In this document: in pieces, positions 39,858 through 48,327 of the stretch
Position numbering within the stretch: the stretch's first letter is position 1
Layout of the letters: every line of letters starts with the position of its first letter
DNA from: an uncultured Chloroflexia bacterium
Lineage (GTDB): Bacteria; Chloroflexota; Chloroflexia; Chloroflexales; Herpetosiphonaceae
Assembly: GCA_963767035.1 (NCBI GenBank)
Contig: CAVYBW010000001.1
Location: forward strand, 2,374,547-2,438,546
Direction of reading: 5' to 3'
DNA: 64,000 nucleotides
Position numbers and translations under genes: made by a program
Notes under the pieces: generated by a model
Seen by the model: only the letters and a program-made list of their open reading frames with translations
What the model was told of the DNA's origin: nothing
Databases searched by the model: none

Positions 39858-41936
39858 TCATGTCAAATGTTTGTAACGCAATAATCGCGCAGAATTGGCC
39901 ATAATGCCTAAATCGGGCAATGATTGCGCTGCTGCCGCCAAGACTGGGGGCAAGATCCCAAGCGCTGCCAAACTAAGGCCAATCAGATTATAGGCCACGG
40001 TAAAGCCAAGATTAGCTTTGACGATGCGCATGGTACGCAAAGCTAAGGCCAGCACTTGCGGAACCAAACCCCAATCATCGCGCAGCAAAACCACATGAGC
40101 AGCATCGAGCGCAACCGCCGTGCCTGCAAAGCCCATGGCAATGCCCACATGCGCTTGAGCCAAGGCTGGTGCGTCGTTGACTCCATCGCCAATCATCACC
40201 ACATGCTGGCCTTGGGCCTGATAACGCCGCACAATTGCTAATTTATCGGCAGGCAATAATTCGGCTTGATACTCAATGCCTAATTGTATGGCAATAGTCG
40301 CCGCAACCGCCTGATTATCACCAGTCAACATTTCAAGTTTGTTAATCCCCAATTGGCGTAATTGGGCAATCGCTGGCGCAACATCAGCCCGCAAGCGATC
40401 GGCACAGGCAATCAAACCGAGTACCGTTTGGCCACGCATGACCCAAATAACCGTTTGGCCTTGTTGTTCTAAAGTTTGGGCTTGGTGTTGCAAGGGGTGC
40501 TTACCAATCAGCCGTTGATGCCCAACAACCACCGTTTGGCCATCAATCAACGCTTGAACTCCCGATCCGGCCATAGCCTTGAATTCGCTGATTGGGAGCA
40601 GCCTACGCTTTTGCGCCTTGGCGGCTTGGACAATTGCTTGGGCCAATGGATGCTCCGAATCTTGCTCAGCCGCCGCCCAACCTAGCACTTCATCCTCAGT
40701 TGCAGCTCCGTAAGCCACAATTTGGCTCACCGTCGGTTGGCCATGGGTCAAGGTGCCAGTTTTATCAATCAGCACAACGCTCGTTTTGGCCAGCGCTTCA
40801 AGATATTTACCACCTTTGATTAACATGCCATGTTTGGCCGCTGCGCCGATTGTCGCGAGCATGGCAACAGGCGTGGCCAAGGCAAATGAGCATGAACATG
40901 CAACCAACAATACCGCCGCCGTTGCCAAAGGATCGCGCTGAATCAAGAAGGTTAAGCCAGCAATCAGCGCCACAACAGGCAGATAATAGGCTGAAAAGGC
41001 ATCGCCAATCCGTTGAATTTCGGCTTTTTGGGCTTCAGCTTCTTCGACCAATTTAATCACCTGACCAAACGTGGTATCGTGCCCAATCGCCGTCACCTGA
41101 ATGCGTAAACTGCCGGCGGTTGCCAAGGTTGCGGCAAAAACGTGGCTGCCTACGCTTGCCTCAATCGGCATTGATTCGCCAGTAATTGTGGCTTGATTCA
41201 GGCTGGCACTGCCACGTAGCACAATTCCATCAACCGGAATCAAATCTCCAGGCCGCACGACGACGAGATCACCAACTTGCACGGCATCGATCGGGAGCTG
41301 AAATTCAGCGCCATCACGCTCAACTCGCGCCAAGGTTGGGGCTAAGGCTGTTAGTTCTTTAACCGCACGGCGGGCTTGAGTCGAGGTAAATTGCTCAACA
41401 TACTCGCCAATCCGCATAAAGAGTACGACGAGCAGCGCGGTTGGCCATTGACCAATCGCCAGCGCGGCAAGCACCCCAATGCTCATCAAACTATGCGAAA
41501 GCACAGTTTTACGCCATGCCGCTTGTAGCACTCGCCAAAAAATCCGATAACCAGCGGCGAGCACCAAGCCAAAGCCAATTGGCCAAGGAACCCAATCGAT
41601 CAGCAGATCAAGCCAACCAAACTGCTCACCAAGCAAGCTTAGCAGCAATACTACTAACACAATGCCACCAAAGAGCACCAATAGTGGTGCACCAGCAGGC
41701 TGAACCTGATTTGTAGACGTGGTTTGGGGCACACGATAGCCCGCTTGTTCAATTGTTTTTACCAAGGCTTTTGGCTCAAGCACATGATCATCAAAGGTAA
41801 TCAAGGCTTTTTCAGCCGAAAACAATACCTGCGCCTGGACTACCCCAGTTAATTCACCCAAGCGAGCTTGAATTTGTTGGGCACAACTCGAACAATCCAT
41901 ACCTTGAATTGGCAGGGTTATGGTTTGCTGGCTCAT
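39858..41936 (-). CDS. heavy-metal translocating P1B-type ATPase with N-terminal HMA domain
   Basis: 692 aa; GMDCSSC metal-binding site, DKTGTLT, SEHPL, GDGVNDAPAL; unusual TM6 motif CSC in place of CPC. Confidence 0.9.
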   Translation of the reverse strand: MSQQTITLPIQGMDCSSCAQQIQARLGELTGVVQAQVLFSAEKALITFDDHVLEPKALVKTIEQAGYRVPQTTSTNQVQPAGAPLLVLFGGIVLVVLLLSLLGEQFGWLDLLIDWVPWPIGFGLVLAAGYRIFWRVLQAAWRKTVLSHSLMSIGVLAALAIGQWPTALLVVLFMRIGEYVEQFTSTQARRAVKELTALAPTLARVERDGAEFQLPIDAVQVGDLVVVRPGDLIPVDGIVLRGSASLNQATITGESMPIEASVGSHVFAATLATAGSLRIQVTAIGHDTTFGQVIKLVEEAEAQKAEIQRIGDAFSAYYLPVVALIAGLTFLIQRDPLATAAVLLVACSCSFALATPVAMLATIGAAAKHGMLIKGGKYLEALAKTSVVLIDKTGTLTHGQPTVSQIVAYGAATEDEVLGWAAAEQDSEHPLAQAIVQAAKAQKRRLLPISEFKAMAGSGVQALIDGQTVVVGHQRLIGKHPLQHQAQTLEQQGQTVIWVMRGQTVLGLIACADRLRADVAPAIAQLRQLGINKLEMLTGDNQAVAATIAIQLGIEYQAELLPADKLAIVRRYQAQGQHVVMIGDGVNDAPALAQAHVGIAMGFAGTAVALDAAHVVLLRDDWGLVPQVLALALRTMRIVKANLGFTVAYNLIGLSLAALGILPPVLAAAAQSLPDLGIMANSARLLRYKHLT

Positions 41937-42277
41937 TCGGCTGCTCCAGGATAGCGGGTGCAGGCATACACACCGTAGGCAACATCGGCCAGCAAACTTG
42001 CAGCAAGCGTAATCAACTCACCAACCCGGGGATCGCTTAATCGATAGCAGACAAAGCGGCCTTGCTGTTAGCGCAGTACCAAGCCACAATCGTGCAAACA
42101 GCTAAGATGATTGGAAACATTCGATTGGCTCAATTGGGTCGCGGCAACGATTGCCGAAACCGTCAATGGCTGATGGCAAATTGCCTCTAGCACCCGCAAA
42201 CGGGAAGCATCAGCCAAGCCGCGAAAAAGCTTGGCCTTCAAGTCTACCAAGTCGGTTTGAATAATTGGATTCATCAT
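41933..42277 (-). pseudogene. ArsR/SmtB family metalloregulator interrupted by an in-frame TAA at 42068-42070 (nonsense mutation or read error)
   Basis: ORF MMNPIIQ...HDCGLVLR stops at TAA; the same frame continues QQGRFVCYRLSDPRVGELITLAASLLADVAYGVYACTRYPGAAE to a TGA overlapping the ATPase ATG (ATGA coupling); full length 114 codons. Confidence 0.7.
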
Positions 42278-42281
42278 AACC

Positions 42282-42337
42282 TCAATATATCATTACATAC
42301 TGATACGATGATATATTGAGCTGGGGAAGGTTGTCAA
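42282..42337 (-). promoter_or_regulatory. arsR promoter with overlapping 12-bp inverted-repeat operator
   Basis: minus strand TTGACA-16-TATATC; inverted repeat tcaatatatcat...atgatatattga (14-bp spacer) overlaps the -10, typical of ArsR/SmtB autoregulation. Confidence 0.55.
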
Positions 42338-42364
42338 GCACAGCTTGGCAGATCGATTAATCAA

Positions 42365-42400
42365 AAAAAGCGCTGCTCGATTGATGATCAAGCAGCGCTG
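42365..42400 (-). terminator. rho-independent terminator after dsbA
   Basis: on the minus strand agcgctgcttgat...atcgagcagcgct stem followed by ttttttt. Confidence 0.6.
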
Positions 42401-42407
42401 CCAAGGC

Positions 42408-43097
42408 TTACTTTGCGTCGTCGATGGCGCTTTGCAGAGCGCTTTGGCTAAGGCTCGAAACGTCTTTGCCATTGACGAAGAAACTGGGTGTGCCACGAAC
42501 ATTGAGTGCTTGTGCATCAGCATTATCACGCTCGATTTTTTGCATAATTGCTGGATCGCTGAGATCCTTGGCAAATTTATCGCCATCGAGGCCCAGCTCT
42601 TGCGCATATTGCACCATCAAAGCGGTTTGCGGTGTTTGTTTTTCGCCCCATTCACCTTGTTTGTTGAATAAAAGCTCTTGCATCTCCCAATATTTGCCTT
42701 GGTTGCCAGCGGCTTCAGTAGCGGCCATCGCCAAGACCGAATTGTTGTGCAAGGGGAAATAGCGTACTACTAAGCGCACGTTATCGCCATTTTGCGCCAA
42801 TAAATCCTTGACAACCGGGAAGAAGGCGCGACATGATTCACATTCGGGGTCAAGAAATTCAACGATCGTCACGGGTGCGTCGGTCTTGCCCAAAACTGGG
42901 CTATCGGCATAAACCAAGCGCGAAACATCAACCGTTGGGGCTGGCTCAGTTCCAGCGCGGGTCAGCAGCACCACGGCCACAATCAGCAGCACTGGCACAC
43001 TCAACCAAAGTAACATTTTGACTTCACGCGGCAACCCACCTTGGGGCTTGCGGGTACGGCTTTGGCGTTTTTTGGTGGTAGCAACAGATTTATTCAT
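42408..43097 (-). CDS. DsbA family thiol:disulfide oxidoreductase, membrane-anchored
   Basis: about 229 aa from MNKSVATT; N-terminal TM; CESC active site; RBS AAGGAG. Confidence 0.8.
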   Translation of the reverse strand: MNKSVATTKKRQSRTRKPQGGLPREVKMLLWLSVPVLLIVAVVLLTRAGTEPAPTVDVSRLVYADSPVLGKTDAPVTIVEFLDPECESCRAFFPVVKDLLAQNGDNVRLVVRYFPLHNNSVLAMAATEAAGNQGKYWEMQELLFNKQGEWGEKQTPQTALMVQYAQELGLDGDKFAKDLSDPAIMQKIERDNADAQALNVRGTPSFFVNGKDVSSLSQSALQSAIDDAK

Positions 43098-43584
43098 GAT
43101 CAAACTCCTTAGCTGGTTTAGCAAATAACAAAGCAACGATGATAACGCTGAAGGCGACCCATGCGAGTAGCGGAATCGTAATAAAGCCATACCAGTTGAT
43201 CCAACGGGCAAGGCACGAAACCCCGGCGCTGCACGGCGCAAGCTCAGCCGAAATCACGCCATAGGTCAGTAAGCAGTGATAGCTCGCAACGAGCCAGCCG
43301 CCAATGCTCAACGGCAGCGCATACCAGCGCATCGCCGGATCACGCCGAATAATCCCCACAGTGAGAATTGCCACCAGTGGATACATCAGAATCCGTTGAT
43401 ACCAACACAAATTACAGGGCGGGAAACCGCGAACTTCGCTAAAGTAGAGGCTGCCAAGCGTTGCGACAACCGCTTGAAGCCACGCTAAATAACCAAGATT
43501 TTGGCGGACACGCTGTCCAAATGAAATAATTTGGCGGTCATCAGGGCTATCGAGCGCCGATGATTCAATCGTTGAGGGTTGCAT
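43090..43584 (-). CDS. disulfide bond formation protein B (DsbB/BdbC family)
   Basis: about 164 aa from MQPSTIESS; CNLCWYQR and second Cys pair CSAGVSC; 4 TM; overlaps the dsbA start by 8 nt. Confidence 0.75.
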   Translation of the reverse strand: MQPSTIESSALDSPDDRQIISFGQRVRQNLGYLAWLQAVVATLGSLYFSEVRGFPPCNLCWYQRILMYPLVAILTVGIIRRDPAMRWYALPLSIGGWLVASYHCLLTYGVISAELAPCSAGVSCLARWINWYGFITIPLLAWVAFSVIIVALLFAKPAKEFDHE

Positions 43585-43683
43585 AACATCCTTCTTTGGG
43601 TACTGTTTGTCGATCACGACCAGATCAGCCACGATCATAAATAATGATCAGGCAGATTGGCAATTAACAAGTGGAATGAAGGA

Positions 43684-44007
43684 TTAAATGCTTTTAGGAG
43701 GGGGAACTATTAAGCCATAACTTGGCGAGCGGTAGTGCAACTGATCAGGCATCCAATGCAGTTGATCAGCCACGAGGATTAATTCAAACTGGTCGGCAGC
43801 CACGACAAATGGAGCAACATGGCTGACACAGGCATCACTTGGTGATTTTGCCGGAGTTGAGATTGGCTGTTCGGCATGATGCTCATCGGTAAACCCTTGG
43901 CTTACTTGGGTTGCGCAAGGATACTGATAGCTCATGAGGATTCGTGGTTGGCATGGCGCAAGCACTAACGGAATCAGCAGCAACACAATCGTGCTGAGCC
44001 ACGTCAT
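43684..44007 (-). CDS. small secreted protein with YPC motif and C-terminal VPPPKSI
   Basis: about 107 aa from MTWLSTIVLLLIPLVLAPC; paralog of the divergent 44163-44510 gene. Confidence 0.5.
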   Translation of the reverse strand: MTWLSTIVLLLIPLVLAPCQPRILMSYQYPCATQVSQGFTDEHHAEQPISTPAKSPSDACVSHVAPFVVAADQFELILVADQLHWMPDQLHYRSPSYGLIVPPPKSI

Positions 44008-44162
44008 AGTGCGTAAAATGTGGAATTCACGAGCCATACAAGCAACCTAATATCCTTAATTCGTTAACTATACTATACCAAAATCAGCCCAAAAGACCAA
44101 ATTTGGCGTTTGCCAATCAGTTTGCTATAGTACAGATTGTGGTTAAATGGGCGGAAACAAAC

Positions 44163-44510
44163 ATGGCATTCGAACAATCATTTTTGAGCTATTGTTGGCT
44201 AAGCAGCCTAATTGTGCTGATTCTTTTGCCAATTGGCCAAGCCAATCAACCCCAGCACGCGCTGCGCTGGTGGTTTTACCCATGTATGCCACAATTGAAC
44301 GATGCGCCGCAATCAAGCCCCGAAGCGCCACTCTCGCTGCCATTTAACCCAAACCTTGAGCATGGCTATGCCCAATTGAGCTGGCTTGTGCCAAATGCCT
44401 TCCTTGCGCTAAGTCCGCTCAAGCAACGTTGGCGTTATTGGGCAATGCCGCTGTTGAACTACGCCATGTGGTTTCAGCCGCAATACGTGCCACCCCCAAA
44501 AACTCTTTAA
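44163..44510 (+). CDS. small secreted protein with YPC motif and C-terminal VPPPKTL (paralog)
   Basis: about 115 aa from MAFEQSFLSYCWLSSLIVLILLPIGQA; shares signal-YPC-...-VPPPK(S/T)(I/L) architecture. Confidence 0.5.
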   Translation: MAFEQSFLSYCWLSSLIVLILLPIGQANQPQHALRWWFYPCMPQLNDAPQSSPEAPLSLPFNPNLEHGYAQLSWLVPNAFLALSPLKQRWRYWAMPLLNYAMWFQPQYVPPPKTL

Positions 44511-44581
44511 CTATTTCAATCGTCCAATGCTTGGTTAATGCCCACTGCTGTGGGGTATTTTGTATTTTTTGAGGTTTTGTA

Positions 44582-44959
44582 ATGCTGTTACGATATGGAC
44601 AATTGATCCTGCTTAGTTTAATGATGGTTAGCTTACTGGGTTGTAGCCGCACACCCAGCGATGATCCACGCTTGACGATCAGCCTTGAGCAAACACCGAG
44701 CGCAATGGGTGGGCAAACAATCGTTTTGACGATTAACGATGGCACAACGCCGCTCGACAACGCCAATGTACAGCTTGAAGCAACCATGACCCACGCTGGC
44801 ATGCCTTCGCAAATTGTGCCAATGCAGGCACTCGGCGCTGGCAAATATCAGGCGAGCATTGATTTTTCGATGCTTGGCGAATGGGTGTTGATTGTGAATG
44901 TGACTGAAGCGAATGGCGCGACGATGCAACGAACCTTGCCAGCCTTCACGATTCAATAA
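44582..44959 (+). CDS. YtkA/FixH-like lipoprotein (Ig-like fold, Met-rich motif)
   Basis: 125 aa; lipobox LLGCS; TMTHAGMPSQIVPMQALGAGKYQASIDFSMLGEWVLIVNV matches the YtkA-like pattern. Confidence 0.55.
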   Translation: MLLRYGQLILLSLMMVSLLGCSRTPSDDPRLTISLEQTPSAMGGQTIVLTINDGTTPLDNANVQLEATMTHAGMPSQIVPMQALGAGKYQASIDFSMLGEWVLIVNVTEANGATMQRTLPAFTIQ

Positions 44960-44976
44960 GCCAAGGGAGTTGAATT

Positions 44977-46389
44977 ATGCAACAGCTGCAAGCAATCGAT
45001 TTGCTGAAACTGCCGGGCTTGCGTTGGCTTGGGCGTTGGCGTTATGCCCGTTTTGCGCTGCAAATGCCACTCTTTGCCTTGGCAATGCTGATGGTGTGGG
45101 ATGGATTGACGGGCGCGCAATTAGCTCCTAAAAATCGTGCAACCGTGATTGTGTGGGTGCATTATCGCGGCTTTTTGATGTTGGCCTTGTTGGTGGTTGG
45201 CAACCTGTTTTGCATGGCCTGCCCCTTTATGTTGCCGCGCAATCTGGCGCGCCGCATCATCAAGCCGCGATTCAAATGGCCAACATGGCTGCGCAACAAA
45301 TGGCTCGCAGCGGCCTTGTTGGTGCTGTTTTTCTTTGCCTACGAGCGCTTTGATTTGTGGGCCTCGCCGTGGTGGACGGCAATGCTGATTGTCAGCTATT
45401 TCGCGGCAGCCTTGTTGATCGATAGCAGCTTTCAGGGTGCGCCATTTTGTAAATATGTCTGTCCGTTGGGCCAATTCAATATGTTGAGTTCAACCCTTTC
45501 GCCAATCGAGGTAGCAGTGCGCCAGCCCCAACGCTGTCAAACCTGCCAAACCAAAGATTGTATCGTGGGGCGTGATGATCAACCTGGCTGTGAGTTGTGG
45601 CTGTTTCAACCCAAAAAGGTCGGCAATCTCGATTGCACGCTGTGTTTGGATTGTATTCATGCCTGTCCTCACGATAACATTGGCTTGTTGGCGCGCGTGC
45701 CAGGCCAAGAATTGATTAGCCTACAACCACGCTCAGGCATTGGTAAAATCGAAGAGCGTAGCGATTTCAGTTTGCTAATCTTGGTGTTTACTTGGGGCGC
45801 GTTGCTCAACGCCTTTGGCATGATCAGCCCAGTGTATAGCTTTTACAATTGGCTGACCAGTCAATTTGCGATTACCAGCGAAACCTTTTTGCTGAGCGTG
45901 GTTTTTATTTTGGCCTTGGTAATCGAGCCAGTTGTCTTGTTGGGCGGGGCAGCATGGCTTTTTCGCCGAATTACTGGCCATAAAGAACGCTTGATCGCAA
46001 TCATCAATCGTTTTATGAAGGGCTTTTTGCCAATTGGCGTTGCTATGTGGACAGCGCACTATGCTTTTCACTTTATCATTGGCTTTTGGACAATTTTGCC
46101 TGTGCTGCGCTCGTTATTGGCCGAAGCAGGCATCACGTTTAGCTGGATGCCGGTAACCGGATTAAGCCCACTTGTACCGCAAGCAATGATTTATCCCTTT
46201 CAAATGGGCATGATTTTGCTCGGCAGTGTGCTTTCAGCAGTGATCACTTGGCAAACGACCACCACAATTAGCAAACACCGCCAACGCTGGGCTTGGCTGC
46301 CATGGGCGCTGGTCATCGTGGCGATGGCTGGCAGCGCGATGTGGCTTTTGAGCCAGCCCATGGATATGCGTGGCATTCTAGAAGGATAA
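44977..46389 (+). CDS. FixG/CcoG/NapH-like membrane ferredoxin-type protein (putative cupric reductase)
   Basis: 470 aa; TM CMACPF motif; CQTCQTKDC and CTLCLDCIHACP 4Fe-4S motifs; about 6 TM. Confidence 0.65.
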   Translation: MQQLQAIDLLKLPGLRWLGRWRYARFALQMPLFALAMLMVWDGLTGAQLAPKNRATVIVWVHYRGFLMLALLVVGNLFCMACPFMLPRNLARRIIKPRFKWPTWLRNKWLAAALLVLFFFAYERFDLWASPWWTAMLIVSYFAAALLIDSSFQGAPFCKYVCPLGQFNMLSSTLSPIEVAVRQPQRCQTCQTKDCIVGRDDQPGCELWLFQPKKVGNLDCTLCLDCIHACPHDNIGLLARVPGQELISLQPRSGIGKIEERSDFSLLILVFTWGALLNAFGMISPVYSFYNWLTSQFAITSETFLLSVVFILALVIEPVVLLGGAAWLFRRITGHKERLIAIINRFMKGFLPIGVAMWTAHYAFHFIIGFWTILPVLRSLLAEAGITFSWMPVTGLSPLVPQAMIYPFQMGMILLGSVLSAVITWQTTTTISKHRQRWAWLPWALVIVAMAGSAMWLLSQPMDMRGILEG

Positions 46390-46393
46390 TTGC

Positions 46394-46954
46394 ATGCAAA
46401 CACTGCAACGCTGGATCATTCGCTTACGTGGAATGTTTATAGCCAGCCTAATACTTGTGAGCCTTGTGCCAGTGCAGCCAGCAACGGCACACTTTGGCGA
46501 ACCCTATACCGTGCTGTATGATCAAAAAGTTGGCGATTTTACGCTCTCGATGAAGGCCGACCCCGACGTTGGCACTGGCACGTTTTTCAGCGATCTGGAG
46601 CTGCCGAGCAGTATGGCCGATGGCGAAGTTACGATCGCAATTCAAGCCGTGGCTGATGCGAATACTACCAAACCCAGCACCTCAAGTGCGAGTAGTCAAA
46701 GCAGCAACCACAAAGCCAGCATCGAACAACCAATTGAGTTTGACCAAGAGGGGTATTGGACGCTTGATGTCACGGTTACTGCTGGAGATCGCACTGGTCA
46801 ACATCAATTTAAAGTGCTGGTTACACCACCATTCCCGCCATGGATCACGACGCTGATCTGTTTAGCGCCATTTTTGGTGGTAGCAGCAATTTGGACCCTG
46901 ACCATGCGCCGCAATGCCCTGCTCAAGCAACAAGCAGAGAATAACGAGCATTAG
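46394..46954 (+). CDS. hypothetical secreted protein with C-terminal TM anchor
   Basis: 186 aa; signal peptide; Ser-rich linker; 5-nt gap to the upstream gene. Confidence 0.4.
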   Translation: MQTLQRWIIRLRGMFIASLILVSLVPVQPATAHFGEPYTVLYDQKVGDFTLSMKADPDVGTGTFFSDLELPSSMADGEVTIAIQAVADANTTKPSTSSASSQSSNHKASIEQPIEFDQEGYWTLDVTVTAGDRTGQHQFKVLVTPPFPPWITTLICLAPFLVVAAIWTLTMRRNALLKQQAENNEH

Positions 46955-47214
46955 GGGTCAGGGGTCAGGAGCTAGGGTTCAGAAAATATATGTTAACCAC
47001 GAAGGACACGAAGCGCACGGAAGATGCGATTTAACGCTTTTACGTTGTGTCCTGTGTCCTTCGTGGTTCATCATTGTACCTTTGGCCTTCTGATTTTCAT
47101 CCCTGCATCCTTTGACTTTCGCTTTCTGCCTTTTGATTTTTGCCTTTTGCCTTCTGACCTCATCCTTCACACTTATTAATACTCTGCTAGTTTTTTTCTG
47201 GCCTAAATTGTGCG

Positions 47215-48288
47215 ATGATAGAGATGTGCAATCTGGCACAGCGGAATCGGGCATGCAGCATATGCACTGGAGAATCTGGCTTGATTCGACCTGTTCGATT
47301 AGTCGATAGTTTAGAGTTACGACGAGCGCCGTACACCTATATGTTGTTGGGCAGCGAGCAGGTGCTGGCGGGCAGTCATCGCCCTTTGAGCTTTGCGCTT
47401 CGCTGTTTGATGCCGCTGGCCCAAGATCGCCATACATTGGTGTATCACGAACGTGGGCTACGTGGCTATGTCCAAGGTTGGTATCGGTTAAATAGTGCTG
47501 ATGCAGATTTGGTGTATCTGGCATCGCAACCCTTTCGGCGCGGCATGCGCCAGCCAACCGATCCTGATGTTTGGTATCGTTTGCTCGAAGCGTTTGTGGT
47601 GCGTATGGGTTCGCGCAATATTGAGCGCGTCTTTGCGCCCTTGGCTTCGAATTCACCTTATTTAGAAGTTTTTCGCCAACTTGGCTTTCAGAGCTATGCT
47701 ACGCGGCAGGTTTGGCGGACATTAACCCCCGATGTTGCCGAAGGTAGCTCAATCATTGTTTTACGCCCACAACAGCGTCGCGACCCGCATGCAATCCAAC
47801 GATTGTATGAGGCAATCACCCCTGCGACTGTAGTACGATATGAAGGACGAAGTTCGCGATCATGGCAACTGCCGGTCGTGGCACGTCATGGAGTTCGTCA
47901 GCGCTCATGGGTGCTTGGGCGCGATGGTCGAGATGATATTTTACGGGCAGCGTTGCATGTGTGGCTTGGCCCCCATGCCGCAGTAATGAGCCTTCTGATC
48001 GATCCTGCTGAGCAACGCTTAGCCTCGTCAGTTATTCGATTTGGAATGAGTCAATTGGCCACTGCCCATCAAGGTGTTGTGTATCTCCTGCTGCCAGAAT
48101 ATCATGGCGAGTTGCATCACAACTTAGAGGAGATCGGCTTTGAACATATTGGTGATCAACGCCTAACGGTCAAGGAACTCACAGTGCCTTTACGCAACCC
48201 GTTGTTGCGGCCTGTGATGGAAGGAACGAGAGAAAGCGTCGTCAAGCCGTCGCTGTCATCATCGGTTCAATCCGAACCGTCTATCTAA
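47215..48288 (+). CDS. hypothetical protein, possibly tandem GNAT-like fold
   Basis: 357 aa (start uncertain); two segments resembling GNAT motif A (SPYLEVFRQLGF, HNLEEIGFEHIG). Confidence 0.35.
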   Translation: MIEMCNLAQRNRACSICTGESGLIRPVRLVDSLELRRAPYTYMLLGSEQVLAGSHRPLSFALRCLMPLAQDRHTLVYHERGLRGYVQGWYRLNSADADLVYLASQPFRRGMRQPTDPDVWYRLLEAFVVRMGSRNIERVFAPLASNSPYLEVFRQLGFQSYATRQVWRTLTPDVAEGSSIIVLRPQQRRDPHAIQRLYEAITPATVVRYEGRSSRSWQLPVVARHGVRQRSWVLGRDGRDDILRAALHVWLGPHAAVMSLLIDPAEQRLASSVIRFGMSQLATAHQGVVYLLLPEYHGELHHNLEEIGFEHIGDQRLTVKELTVPLRNPLLRPVMEGTRESVVKPSLSSSVQSEPSI

Positions 48289-48327
48289 CACACTCTGGCG
48301 TGTGTTTGAGAAGGATGCAACTATCAA

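Noticed and set aside
46979-47656. 225-aa minus-strand ORF and the CT-rich low-complexity tract at 47040-47200
   Set aside because: The ORF overlaps the + strand 47215 gene region, has low-complexity biased composition and no RBS. It is probably a spurious ORF across a pyrimidine-rich intergenic/promoter region containing a 15-bp inverted repeat.
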